The position numbers and the translations under genes were made by a program. Shown here piece by piece: positions 39,189 to 48,309 of a DNA stretch of 64,000 bases (its first letter is position 1; each line of letters begins with the position of its first letter). This stretch comes from Patescibacteria group bacterium (GTDB lineage: Bacteria > Patescibacteriota > Minisyncoccia > Phycocordibacterales > Phycocordibacteraceae). Below the pieces are notes generated by a model that saw only the letters and a list, made by a program, of their open reading frames with translations, did no database searches and had not been told where the DNA came from. The stretch lies in contig JAGWWK010000001.1 of NCBI GenBank assembly GCA_018970425.1, positions 49,004 to 113,003 of the forward strand, given 5' to 3'.

Positions 39189-39374
39189 TTACAGAAAGAT
39201 CGACTCAGCGAGAAGTTTAAAAAGGGGAGTCAGACCAGTGCCGAGATCCGCTAGCGATGAATCCTCAGTGCGCCTCAAGGCGCGCACAGCCATACTTGCA
39301 ACAGATGCATGAATCCCGGTTTCATGTTCCTCGAGACTCTCAGCTACAGAATGCACTGGTGATTCTTTAGACAT
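39189..39374 (-). CDS. Small orphan protein (61 aa)
   Basis: ATG ORF ending just before the terminator at 39145-39173. Confidence 0.45.
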   Translation of the reverse strand: MSKESPVHSVAESLEEHETGIHASVASMAVRALRRTEDSSLADLGTGLTPLFKLLAESIFL

Positions 39375-39502
39375 ATAGGGCGCTCAACTGGCGGACACGC
39401 TACTACTAGTAGTACCTTGAGACTCTAAGTACAGTTACTTCGCAAAAGATATATTGTGCGAAGTATGCGTATACTACCCCCCCCTCGATCTGCACGACAA
39501 AG

Positions 39503-39526
39503 AAAAACCCCGCCGAAGCGGGGTTT
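39503..39526 (-). terminator. Intrinsic terminator with cUUCGg loop
   Basis: Minus strand AAACCCCGC-TTCG-GCGGGGTTTTT, 10 nt after the stop at 39536. Confidence 0.88.
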
Positions 39527-39535
39527 CCTTGCTTA

Positions 39536-39868
39536 TCACCACTCGCCGTAGTAATAGTCGCGAACTGGGCGTGGACGAGCAAATAACGCAAGTAACACTG
39601 TGAGTACTGCTACGAGTTCGTATGCTATTACTACGCCGTTAGCATCATCGTATGTGTGCTGCAGTGCCTCAAGTGCTGTATGAGAAAGGTTAGGATCTGC
39701 CTGCCCTGCTACTAATGCGATTTTAGCGCCTTCTGCAACCTCTTGCGCATCAGTAAATTTGGGCCAAACGAATACGTACACAACACCACCAAGTACCCCC
39801 ATAAGCCCGAGCTTACCGAATTGCTCGGTTCGATTGTCACGTGCTTCGAAAACTTTATTGTCTGCCAT
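39536..39868 (-). CDS. Small orphan two-TM protein (110 aa)
   Basis: Two TM helices, own promoter and terminator. Confidence 0.75.
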   Translation of the reverse strand: MADNKVFEARDNRTEQFGKLGLMGVLGGVVYVFVWPKFTDAQEVAEGAKIALVAGQADPNLSHTALEALQHTYDDANGVVIAYELVAVLTVLLALFARPRPVRDYYYGEW

Positions 39869-39918
39869 ATAAACTTTTTTTTATAAGACAACCGGCTAAA
39901 GTGCGGCTGTATATATAA

Positions 39919-39946
39919 ATACTATCATATAAATACTCTTTGTCAA
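39919..39946 (-). promoter_or_regulatory. sigma70 promoter
   Basis: TTGACA-16 nt-TAGTAT with TGn extension. Confidence 0.7.
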
Positions 39947-39983
39947 GACACTTGGTTACATACGTAAAAAACCCCGCCATATG

Positions 39984-40142
39984 TTACTCGGTAAGCAATG
40001 AGATCAGAACTGCCGCTCCGAGGCACCCCACACCCAAGGTTAGTAGATCGCCTACTACGGAAAGCCTACGCCCAGATAGCCCTCCGGGGCTTATATCACC
40101 ACGACCACTTAATATTTCCGGCACTTCATTATTTGACGACAT
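39984..40142 (-). CDS. Putative 52-aa tail-anchored micro-protein
   Basis: Hand translation MSSNNEVPEILSGRGDISPGGLSGRRLSVVGDLLTLGVGCLGAAVLISLLTE; followed by GGCGGGGTTTTTT. Confidence 0.5.
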   Translation of the reverse strand: MSSNNEVPEILSGRGDISPGGLSGRRLSVVGDLLTLGVGCLGAAVLISLLTE

Positions 40143-40159
40143 AGTACGCTGGAACTCTG

Positions 40160-40528
40160 CTACGCGCCCAAGTCTCGGGCTTCTCTAGCACGTTGCCGAG
40201 ATGTGTTTGCTCGCTGACGATTCACGCTCGCTTCGCCTGAGTGAATTCGCGCCGCAGAGCTCGTCATTTGAGCGAGTACTAAAGCCGCAACCCCTCCCAC
40301 AAAGAATGCCCCGTCAAGGGTAAGAAAATTGTGAAGGTCTTCCAAATTTAAGGTGCCATCTCTTAAGCTCAGTTCGGCAACATTGTAGAGGCCGTACACT
40401 GCTGCGATCAAGCCAGCATAGCCGAAAACTCCAGCCATTGATCTCGCAGATGAAGCATTACCTTCATGTGCTGATGCCTCGGCTCTATACGAACGTGCAT
40501 CCTCCCGATACGACCCGCTCAAGCTCAT
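40160..40528 (-). CDS. Small orphan two-TM protein (122 aa)
   Basis: Two TM helices flanked by Ala/Arg-rich helical arms; own promoter. Confidence 0.75.
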   Translation of the reverse strand: MSLSGSYREDARSYRAEASAHEGNASSARSMAGVFGYAGLIAAVYGLYNVAELSLRDGTLNLEDLHNFLTLDGAFFVGGVAALVLAQMTSSAARIHSGEASVNRQRANTSRQRAREARDLGA

Positions 40529-40560
40529 ATTTTTAGGAATTACTTTTAACTAATACTTAC

Positions 40561-40589
40561 ACTCTACGCTAAAAAAGAAAGCTTGTCAA
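40561..40589 (-). promoter_or_regulatory. sigma70 promoter
   Basis: TTGACA-17 nt-TAGAGT. Confidence 0.7.
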
Positions 40590-40618
40590 TATCTGCACGA
40601 GTTGCGAATCTCTTTGGA

Positions 40619-41023
40619 TTACTTGGCGGTCGCGTACTTACCCCAGCACGGGCGACTTGAGTTCCAGGGCTTGGTTCCCTCCCTCTCGTGCAGGTAGCGC
40701 GCGTACTCGAGGTTACCGTCAAGCGAGTACAAGTCGATACCGAGCTCGTCGGCAGCTTCCTCGTGGTAGTACGTATTAATCTGCATCACGCCGATGTCGC
40801 TCTTATTCACCTTTCCGCGAATAATGTCGCCATTAGGTGCAAGGTGGCGAAACCTTGACTCACACTTGGCAATCTCGGCCATGATGGGCTGGTCCGCGAA
40901 GTACTCGCGCACGTACGCACCCATAGTCTCCGGATTGCGAGAGAGTTCAAACTCGCTCGTAGAAGTAAGCGCGACCGGGGCGGTCATGGCAGCGCTCGCT
41001 AGTAGAATGATGACTGGTAGCAT
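40619..41023 (-). CDS. Secreted lysozyme-like / lytic transglycosylase domain protein
   Basis: Signal peptide MLPVIILLASAA (ATG 41023), IAKCES, DIGVMQIN, KPWNSS..CW. Confidence 0.75.
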   Translation of the reverse strand: MLPVIILLASAAMTAPVALTSTSEFELSRNPETMGAYVREYFADQPIMAEIAKCESRFRHLAPNGDIIRGKVNKSDIGVMQINTYYHEEAADELGIDLYSLDGNLEYARYLHEREGTKPWNSSRPCWGKYATAK

Positions 41024-41142
41024 AGGCAATAAAAAAAGCCGCCACAAACGGCGACTTGATGTAGATGTTAGCACTTGACGGACCCCCTGTCAAGCCCGCA
41101 CAATGCTTTTATACCCTTTGTACGGCTCTACAGAGCCATAAA

Positions 41143-41817
41143 TTAGCATTTTACGCGTTTCAGTATTTCCTCGTATGCTTCGTCCACCGAGTCGACGATG
41201 ACCACCAGGTCTAGATCGCTCTCATCTATCGCCCGCTGGACTTTATAGAGCATATCTTCAACCAGAGAAAGAAGCGGGGCCCAGAAATCGCGCCCGTAGA
41301 GCACTATGGGGATACGCTTTATCTTCTTGGTTTGCACCAGCGTAATGATTTCAAAGAACTCATCCAAGGTACCGAACCCTCCTGGAAAGAAGATATACAC
41401 CTCCGAAGCGAAGGTCAGCATGACCCGTCGAGTGAAGAAGTAGTTGAACATCATTTCTTCCGTGAGGTAGGGGTTACTCAACTGCTCGAACGGTAGCTTG
41501 ATGTTAAGTCCTACCGACTCCCCTCCCGCGGTAAACGCCCCCTTAGATGCCGCCCCCATAATGCCGTGTGCCCCGCCCGTAATGATGGCAAAGTTAGAAA
41601 TGGCGAGGCGCCGAGCCAGCTCTTCGGCATCTTCGTACATGCGAGGATCTCTCAGGGTTGACCGTGCCGAGCCGAAGAACGATGCTGCGAGCTTATACTT
41701 TTTGAGGATCTCAAAGCCGCGGACTAGCTCGTCCATAATCTTTAAAATGCGCCAGCTCTCCATAGGGCGCGTATGATCAACCTTTAGAGGGTCGCACACC
41801 TTAAGCTCGCCCTCCAT
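41143..41817 (-). CDS. LOG family (TIGR00730-type) Rossmann-fold protein
   Basis: FGSAR, ITGGAHGIM, PGGFGTLDE. Confidence 0.9.
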   Translation of the reverse strand: MEGELKVCDPLKVDHTRPMESWRILKIMDELVRGFEILKKYKLAASFFGSARSTLRDPRMYEDAEELARRLAISNFAIITGGAHGIMGAASKGAFTAGGESVGLNIKLPFEQLSNPYLTEEMMFNYFFTRRVMLTFASEVYIFFPGGFGTLDEFFEIITLVQTKKIKRIPIVLYGRDFWAPLLSLVEDMLYKVQRAIDESDLDLVVIVDSVDEAYEEILKRVKC

Positions 41818-41879
41818 ACGGTGGACGCGAGGGGTGAGTATGCTCCTATTGGGATCTGCTACCACAGGTCAATTGTACC

Positions 41880-42488
41880 CTACTGAATCTTGTGCACAGT
41901 CCACGGAACGGGAAAAACTGTGAAGTCGTCAAGCAGTCCCCGTCCGTAGAGTAGTCGATGTGCCACCTCAGCATGACAGAGTGCGCCGGTGAGCGCGTTG
42001 TGCGGCGCGGGCTCCTCGGGGATGCCGCAGTAGCGCAGTGCGCCGTCCATGTTGAGCGCAGAGCGCCTGCGGGCCGTGTCAAATGGCGGTGGTATCCCCC
42101 GCTCCGTCATATGCATAAACGCGAGCGAGTGAATGTCTATCGAACGGTGCGGTAGGGGGAAGTCGAGGTGGCCCCGTCGGCACGCCGCCTCAATGAAGCG
42201 CACATCAAACGAAGGGTTTTGCCCAACCGTTGTGAGGTCTCGTTGGTCATGCGTCCATGCAAGAAACGCGCGGACGAGCTCGGCTTCGCTTTGACGAGAC
42301 TCGTCGAGTACAGACTCTCGACTAAAACCGTTAACTTCAAGCGCGCGGTCCTCAATATGAGCCCCGGGAAACGCCCGGCACTCGCCATAAAACTGCTCGG
42401 TTGGTGAAAACAGCGACACAGCTCCGATTGAGAGTATGGAGTGCTTCTCAAAGTCAGTTCCCGTCGTTTCTACGTCAAGGGCGATCAT
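41880..42488 (-). CDS. DEDDh 3'-5' exonuclease (DnaQ-like)
   Basis: DVETTG, GQNPSFD, HNAL; start ATG 42488. Confidence 0.87.
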   Translation of the reverse strand: MIALDVETTGTDFEKHSILSIGAVSLFSPTEQFYGECRAFPGAHIEDRALEVNGFSRESVLDESRQSEAELVRAFLAWTHDQRDLTTVGQNPSFDVRFIEAACRRGHLDFPLPHRSIDIHSLAFMHMTERGIPPPFDTARRRSALNMDGALRYCGIPEEPAPHNALTGALCHAEVAHRLLYGRGLLDDFTVFPVPWTVHKIQ

Positions 42489-42636
42489 AGCGTGTAAATG
42501 AAAAGCCGGTCCCGCAGGCATCTGTAGCCGATAGCTGGCCCATAAAGTAGGCCGCAAAAAGGGCTGCCGAGACAAGCACTACCGTTCCGATATCGACAGA
42601 GTGCATCACGAAGAATGCCTTGATTTTGTCCCCCAT
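42475..42636 (-). CDS. Small single-TM hypothetical protein (53 aa)
   Basis: MGDKIKAFF...VVLVSAALFAAYFMGQLS; TATACT 7 nt upstream. Confidence 0.5.
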   Translation of the reverse strand: MGDKIKAFFVMHSVDIGTVVLVSAALFAAYFMGQLSATDACGTGFSFTRYDRP

Positions 42637-42656
42637 ACAGGGTAGTATAGCAAGGT

Positions 42657-42929
42657 ATGGCAACAAAAAAGGCCGCCGGCTCCGCGAAAAATATTTCGTA
42701 TAACAACCCGCAATACCTGGGTATCAAGCTCTATGCGGGCGAGGAGGCAAAAATCGGCAATATCATCGTCCGCCAGCGCGGTACGCGTTACATGGCAGGT
42801 AAAAACACTGCTGTCGCTAAGGACCACACAATTTTCGCGATGAAAGACGGTACGGTAGCCTACCGATCGGTCCGCAAGACCAAGTTCGACGGCTCAACTG
42901 TTCGGCGCCAGAAGGTAGACGTTCTTTAA
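42657..42929 (+). CDS. rpmA: 50S ribosomal protein L27
   Basis: MATKKAAGS, GNIIVRQRGT, KDHTIFA. Confidence 0.96.
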   Translation: MATKKAAGSAKNISYNNPQYLGIKLYAGEEAKIGNIIVRQRGTRYMAGKNTAVAKDHTIFAMKDGTVAYRSVRKTKFDGSTVRRQKVDVL

Positions 42930-43363
42930 CCGATTTCTAGCACAAGACGCGCGCGCTTATCGCCCGCTACCACCGGCACTTCATGGGTGCCGGTGTGTTT
43001 TATTGGGCTCGGTAGTACAAGCGCTGTTTCCGCTAATTCGACGCCTAATTCTGTCTTGATCGCTGCCACTATGTCGCGCGCGGTCAGCGCCTTAAAGAGA
43101 GTCCCTGTCGGCCCAGACTTTACCGGAATTGTGATCGTTCTCTGATCTAGTGCAGCGAGGAGAGCTTCCGCCTCCGCGCGAGACGCGTCTGAGCGACGCT
43201 CGGTCGCCGCACGGCTGCGCTCGTGTTTCTTAAGATTTTCTGGCGTCGCGAGGATTGCTTTCTTTTGCGGGATGAGGACATTGAGGGCGTACCCATCCGC
43301 AACGGTAAGCACGCTCCCCCGCTGCCCCACTTTTTTAACGTCTGCTATAAGTATGACCTTCAT
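42926..43363 (-). CDS. rplI: 50S ribosomal protein L9
   Basis: MKVIL..DV..VG, VADGYA.N.LIP, PIKHTG. Confidence 0.94.
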   Translation of the reverse strand: MKVILIADVKKVGQRGSVLTVADGYALNVLIPQKKAILATPENLKKHERSRAATERRSDASRAEAEALLAALDQRTITIPVKSGPTGTLFKALTARDIVAAIKTELGVELAETALVLPSPIKHTGTHEVPVVAGDKRARLVLEIG

Positions 43364-44622
43364 TACGAACCAGTATTGAGGAACGTCAGTGCGCGGTCAA
43401 GCGTGGGGTCTTGCCCTTCTTTCAGATCTTCTGGAACTTTGACCTCGATGTCCGGCGTAAGACCCTGGTGCGAGATCGATACTCCTTTCGGCGTGAGCCA
43501 GCGGGCGATGGTGATCTTGACCTGCGTTTTGTCAGTCACATCGAATACTTGCTGTACAGACCCTTTGCCGAAAGACTGCTGGCCTATGATAGTTGCTCTG
43601 CCGTGGTCACGGAGCGCTCCCGCAAATATTTCAGATGCAGAAGCCGAGCCGCCATTCAGGAGTACTACTATGCGAGCGCCCGGGAACCCATCACCGGTCC
43701 CCGATGATCGGAACACCAAATCTTCAGACTGCCGTTTGGACGCCTGCGTTACCACTACGAGTCCAGACTTCAGAAAGTGACTTGCCATGTCAGTTGCGGC
43801 CTCCATATATCCGCCGGGGTTGTTGCGGAGGTCCACGACTAGCTTACTCGTTTGAGACCGGCGGAATGCCTGGAGCGCTTCCGCAAACTTGTCTGGTGCC
43901 TGCTTGTTAAACATATAGACGTGTATGACAAATGCGCCATCTTTAATAGTGTAGTCGACTGTCGGGAGCTCAATGGTGTCGCGCTGAATGGTGAGGTCAA
44001 ATGGCTGTGCTCCATCCTCATCTGGGCGCGCAAGCGTCAGTGTAATGCTGGTGCCCTTTGGGCCGCGGATCTTTTTAACCGCGGCCTCGACTGTCATAGC
44101 GTTCGTCGACTCTCCGTCAATTTTTACAATGATGTCACCCGCTCGCACACCGGCACGGTACGCAGGTGTATCCTTAATCGGCGCAATCACTTTCAGAATA
44201 CCGTCGCGCCGCCCGACCTCCATACCGACTCCTGTAAAGTCTCCAGCTACTTGCGTGTTGAAGATTTCTGCCTCTGCCGGTGGCATGAAGAGCGTGTAGT
44301 CATCTCCGTATGAAGCGGCAAGTCCAACCGCAGCGCCCCACACGCGCTCTTCCGAAGTCGTGGTTGCTTCTTTTTCTGGCACAAAGTGTTCTTCAAGCAG
44401 AGTCCATGTTTTAAAGAGCGGCGCGAGGTCAGCGTCTAGAGGTGCTCGCGGATCATATACCGGTGCTGAAGCGGCGAAAATGGGATGCCTATCGAACGCC
44501 CCTCCGGCAAAAAACGCCACTCCCGCAAGTACAAGAGCTGCAGCAAAAAGCTGTGGGACCGTGAGTGTAACGGCAGAGTGCGACCAGTGTCGCGTGAGTT
44601 TTAACATAAGTTGTTCGCGCAT
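43363..44622 (-). CDS. ctpA: S41 C-terminal processing protease with PDZ domain
   Basis: GVGME, DLRNNPGG, SASASEI, FGKGSVQ. Confidence 0.92.
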   Translation of the reverse strand: MREQLMLKLTRHWSHSAVTLTVPQLFAAALVLAGVAFFAGGAFDRHPIFAASAPVYDPRAPLDADLAPLFKTWTLLEEHFVPEKEATTTSEERVWGAAVGLAASYGDDYTLFMPPAEAEIFNTQVAGDFTGVGMEVGRRDGILKVIAPIKDTPAYRAGVRAGDIIVKIDGESTNAMTVEAAVKKIRGPKGTSITLTLARPDEDGAQPFDLTIQRDTIELPTVDYTIKDGAFVIHVYMFNKQAPDKFAEALQAFRRSQTSKLVVDLRNNPGGYMEAATDMASHFLKSGLVVVTQASKRQSEDLVFRSSGTGDGFPGARIVVLLNGGSASASEIFAGALRDHGRATIIGQQSFGKGSVQQVFDVTDKTQVKITIARWLTPKGVSISHQGLTPDIEVKVPEDLKEGQDPTLDRALTFLNTGS

Positions 44623-44639
44623 AGAGGTATAATAGCACT

Positions 44640-45554
44640 ATGCTTACTCGGTATGAACACAAAGGAACGGTCTGGATTGACTGCGAGCGTCCTACCGTTG
44701 AGGAGATCGAATCCCTTGTAGAAGAGTTTCAGCTAGGGGCATTTGTTGAACGCGAATTGCTCTCACCTTCTCCAAAGCCGCGTATCGACCTCTTCCCAAA
44801 CTTTATTTACACAGTACTCCACTTCCCAGCATCACGGGACACGCGCGGCACACTCCAGAGTCGCGAAGTAGATCTCATAATCCTGAAGAGCGCCGTCATT
44901 ACCGTGCACTACGAGTCCGTACCCGCCATCCACGACTTTGCACGATCATTCGAGTCCTCACTACTCATGAAGCGTGCCGTGAAAGAGCTCCATTCCGGCC
45001 ACATTGTGTTTGAGCTTTCGAGTCGCCTGTACCGCGCGGTTGAGGACGAGCTTGATGCGAGTGAAGATGCAGTCAATAAAATTGAGTCGGACATTTTTAG
45101 TCGCCGTGAGCGCGAGCTCGTCCGCCCAATATCTGAGCTCACGCGCGAGGTTTTGAACCACAAGCGGACTATCGCCGGACAAGACGACGTCCTGCGCGAG
45201 CTTGAAATCGCCGCTACAGCGCTGTTTGGCTCCGAGTACAAAGCATTTGTTGCGTCCATGTCAGCGCTTCAGTTCCGTGTGTCGACGCGAGCACAGCTCC
45301 TCCTTGATGTCTTGCGTGCACTCGCAGACACAAACAACGCACTACTCTCCACGCGCCAAAATGAAATCATGAAGAATCTCACCGTCATGGCGTCCATCAT
45401 GCTGCCGCTCTCCCTCGTATCGTCACTGTTCGGCATGAACACGGTCGATAACCCGATTGTCGGCTCGCCAAACGATTTTTGGATCATTCTTCTGATTCTT
45501 GCCGCGGTTGGCGTCGTGTGCGCGTGCTACTTCTGGATCAAGCGCTGGTTCTGA
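44640..45554 (+). CDS. corA: CorA-family divalent cation transporter
   Basis: NEIMKNLT, FGMN motif, two C-terminal TMs. Confidence 0.9.
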   Translation: MLTRYEHKGTVWIDCERPTVEEIESLVEEFQLGAFVERELLSPSPKPRIDLFPNFIYTVLHFPASRDTRGTLQSREVDLIILKSAVITVHYESVPAIHDFARSFESSLLMKRAVKELHSGHIVFELSSRLYRAVEDELDASEDAVNKIESDIFSRRERELVRPISELTREVLNHKRTIAGQDDVLRELEIAATALFGSEYKAFVASMSALQFRVSTRAQLLLDVLRALADTNNALLSTRQNEIMKNLTVMASIMLPLSLVSSLFGMNTVDNPIVGSPNDFWIILLILAAVGVVCACYFWIKRWF

Positions 45555-45644
45555 CCAGCTCGTGTATAACCTGTAGAAAACGGAAGAAACGCCTTATGCA
45601 TGGCTCGTTTTTTCGAGTGCGCGCTGAGGCGGTACAATAGGTAC

Positions 45645-47027
45645 ATGTCCGCAAGCGGCCGAGTGCCACCTCAGTCCTTAGATGCAGAGCGCGCGCTCCT
45701 TGGCGCGATTATGCTGAAGCCCGAGGGTATCCACGAGGTCACGGACCTCATATCCTCGGACTCGTTCTATGCTGAAAAACACCGCGCCATCTACCGCGCG
45801 ATGGTCGCGCTTGTTGCCGCAGGCTCGCCCATTGACCTCCTGTCAATCTCTAACTACCTCACCGAGCAGGGCGAGCTCGAGCGTGCAGGCGGTAACGCCT
45901 ACCTCGCAGACCTCGTAAATGCCGTCCCTACTACTGCAAATCTCAAGCACTACGCGCAAATCGTCCAAAAGAAGTCGGTGATGCGCGGTCTTATCGAGGC
46001 GGCCTCGGACATTGCCTCAATGGGTTATGACGAAAGCCAAGATGTTGAAACGGTAGTTGACCAAGCTGAAAAGCGTCTGGGTGAGGCAACCTCAAACCCG
46101 ACAATGCGCAAGTTTGTCGCGATTGGTGAAGAGCTCAAGGGTGCGTGGGAGCGCTTTGACCTGCTCTCAAAGGGCGACCAGGGGACGCGCGGGATACCAA
46201 CCGGCTTTGCGGGACTCGACAGCATGCTCGCGGGCTTTCAGCGCTCGGACCTTATCATTCTTGCCGCCCGCCCATCGATGGGTAAGACATCGCTCGCGCT
46301 CGACATCGCGCGCCAGTCCGCGGTCAAGTTTGGCACGCCGGTCGGCATTTTCTCTCTTGAAATGTCAGCACAGCAGCTTGTGGACCGCATGCTCGCCGCC
46401 GAGGCGCGCGTGAACGCATGGAAGTTGCGCACTGGAAAAATTGATACTGACGAAGAGTTTGAACAGATCAGAGACGCTATGGAGCGGCTATCAAAGGCAC
46501 CGATCTACATTGACGACCAGCCGGCTAACAACGCGCTCATCATGCGCTCTGTTGCCCGCCGACTAAAACGCGAGAATGGCATCGGGCTCATTATCGTGGA
46601 CTACCTCCAGCTTATGGCTCCTACCACCGCGCGCTCGTCTGACTCGCTTGTGCAGCAGGTTACTGAAATATCCCGCTCGCTAAAACAGCTCGCGCGAGAA
46701 ATAGATGTCCCCGTACTTGCGCTCTCACAGCTCTCTCGCGCGGTCGAGCAGCGCCGCGGCCGACCGCGCCTTTCAGACCTCCGCGACTCAGGATCAATTG
46801 AGCAAGACGCTGATGTTGTTATGTTCATTCACCGTGAGGACAGAATGAGCGAGTCAGCAGAGCGGAACAACATTGCGGAAATCTTGATTGAAAAGCACCG
46901 TAACGGCCCGGTGGGCAAGGTCGATCTCTACTTTGATGAAAAGCGTACCACCTTCCTGCCGATCGAGAGCTCCGACTTCGGCGCGGGCATTTCAGCGGCT
47001 GCGCCGGCGGTGCAGGACGATTTTTAA
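45645..47027 (+). CDS. dnaB: Replicative DNA helicase
   Basis: PPQSLDAE, AARPSMGKT, VDYLQL, SDLRDSGSIEQDAD, KHRNGP; start ATG 45645. Confidence 0.97.
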   Translation: MSASGRVPPQSLDAERALLGAIMLKPEGIHEVTDLISSDSFYAEKHRAIYRAMVALVAAGSPIDLLSISNYLTEQGELERAGGNAYLADLVNAVPTTANLKHYAQIVQKKSVMRGLIEAASDIASMGYDESQDVETVVDQAEKRLGEATSNPTMRKFVAIGEELKGAWERFDLLSKGDQGTRGIPTGFAGLDSMLAGFQRSDLIILAARPSMGKTSLALDIARQSAVKFGTPVGIFSLEMSAQQLVDRMLAAEARVNAWKLRTGKIDTDEEFEQIRDAMERLSKAPIYIDDQPANNALIMRSVARRLKRENGIGLIIVDYLQLMAPTTARSSDSLVQQVTEISRSLKQLAREIDVPVLALSQLSRAVEQRRGRPRLSDLRDSGSIEQDADVVMFIHREDRMSESAERNNIAEILIEKHRNGPVGKVDLYFDEKRTTFLPIESSDFGAGISAAAPAVQDDF

Positions 47028-47032
47028 ACGGC

Positions 47033-47623
47033 ATGTCTCTTTCTGAGCTCACTGATGTACTCACCTCCCTGCCCGGTCTTGGCCCTCGCCAAGCACGCCG
47101 CGTAGTTGAGTACCTGTTACGGAAAGACTCTGCGTACCGTGAACGCCTCGCGGCGCTGATTGCGGGCGCACGGCTCGAGGTTTCCGAGTGTACGCGTTGC
47201 TTCAGGTTTGATGCACCCAGCGCATCGGGCCTCTGCCGCACATGCGCGGACGGCTCGCGAGACGCGTCGCTCCTTATGGTGGTTGAGCACGATGTCGACA
47301 TAGACGCCATCGAGGCAGCTCTCACCTATCGCGGCTACTACTTTGTGCTCGGAGGACTCCTTAACCTAGTCAAACAGCGCAAAGATAAAATACTCCGCAC
47401 CCGAGAGCTATTAGAGCGCATTACACCAGAGGTGCGTGAGGTGATATGTGCGCTCGCCGCTACACCAGAGGGTGACTACACAGCCAAGGAGCTCATGACC
47501 CAGATTCGCGCCGCGCGCCCCGGGGTCGCGGTGTCAGTCCTTGGACGCGGCCTCTCCGTAGGAGCGGAGCTTGAATATGCCGACCCGGAAACACTCCGGA
47601 GCGCACTCAAAAACCGCGGTTAG
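47033..47623 (+). CDS. recR: Recombination protein RecR
   Basis: LPGLGPRQA HhH, C4 zinc finger, TOPRIM, LEYAD. Confidence 0.92.
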   Translation: MSLSELTDVLTSLPGLGPRQARRVVEYLLRKDSAYRERLAALIAGARLEVSECTRCFRFDAPSASGLCRTCADGSRDASLLMVVEHDVDIDAIEAALTYRGYYFVLGGLLNLVKQRKDKILRTRELLERITPEVREVICALAATPEGDYTAKELMTQIRAARPGVAVSVLGRGLSVGAELEYADPETLRSALKNRG

Positions 47624-47658
47624 GCCGCGAGGTACTTAAGTCCTGTATACTTTCAGGT

Positions 47659-47904
47659 ATGGAGTGTGACGATGCGCCAGATCCAAATTGCATCAAAGAG
47701 TCGTATTCCAAGTATCGGGTACGCCGCGCCCTTGCGTGGGCACTTATTGCGGCAGGCTCGGTGTGGACGGCAGTCTCTCTCACTACGCTCAGCGTTTCAG
47801 CGGTTGTGAGTGCTGGGCTCGGCGTACTTGCGATTATCAGCGGACTGCTGTTCAAATCATACGCGTACTCTCAACTTGATACGCACCTGAAGGACGACGC
47901 ATAA
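47659..47904 (+). CDS. Small orphan two-TM protein (81 aa)
   Basis: Two TM helices; TATACT 7 nt upstream; terminator downstream. Confidence 0.7.
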   Translation: MECDDAPDPNCIKESYSKYRVRRALAWALIAAGSVWTAVSLTTLSVSAVVSAGLGVLAIISGLLFKSYAYSQLDTHLKDDA

Positions 47905-47913
47905 AGGTTTACT

Positions 47914-47942
47914 AAAAACTGCCGCGTGAGCGGCAGTTTTTT
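47914..47942. terminator. Bidirectional intrinsic terminator
   Basis: AAAAACTGCCGC-GTGA-GCGGCAGTTTTTT. Confidence 0.88.
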
Positions 47943-47959
47943 ACTGTTCGTGAGTAGGA

Positions 47960-48268
47960 TTAGATCGAGTCGATCATCACCTTCATGTAGGGTTGGCGAT
48001 GACCCTTTTTCTTGAAGTAGCGGCTCTTCTGCTTGTAGCGGATCACCACTTTCTTGTCGTCCTTACCTGCTTCGAGCACAGTGCCCGTAACCGGTGTTCC
48101 GGTAGTCGGCATACCCACCTGAACGGATGAGCCAGTGTCTTTAAAAAGGACTTGGTCAAAGGTGACTTTCGCACCTACCTCCGCACCAGGGATTTTCTCT
48201 ACCTCTAAAAATCTGCCCTGCTCTACGAGGTACTGTTTCCCCCCGGTTTTGATTACTGCAAATGCCAT
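47960..48268 (-). CDS. rplU: 50S ribosomal protein L21
   Basis: AVIKTGGKQY, KKGHRQPY. Confidence 0.96.
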   Translation of the reverse strand: MAFAVIKTGGKQYLVEQGRFLEVEKIPGAEVGAKVTFDQVLFKDTGSSVQVGMPTTGTPVTGTVLEAGKDDKKVVIRYKQKSRYFKKKGHRQPYMKVMIDSI

Positions 48269-48309
48269 GGCCCTACTCTACCGCGTCTTTATCAATTATT
48301 CAAGCCCTT

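Noticed and set aside
39145-40589. Classical integron cassette array
   Set aside because: No intI and no recognisable attC R''/R' boxes; the repeats are ordinary intrinsic terminators
45562-45580. DnaA boxes upstream of dnaB
   Set aside because: Both candidates (CGTGTATAA, TGTAGAAAA) carry a mismatch; too weak to call
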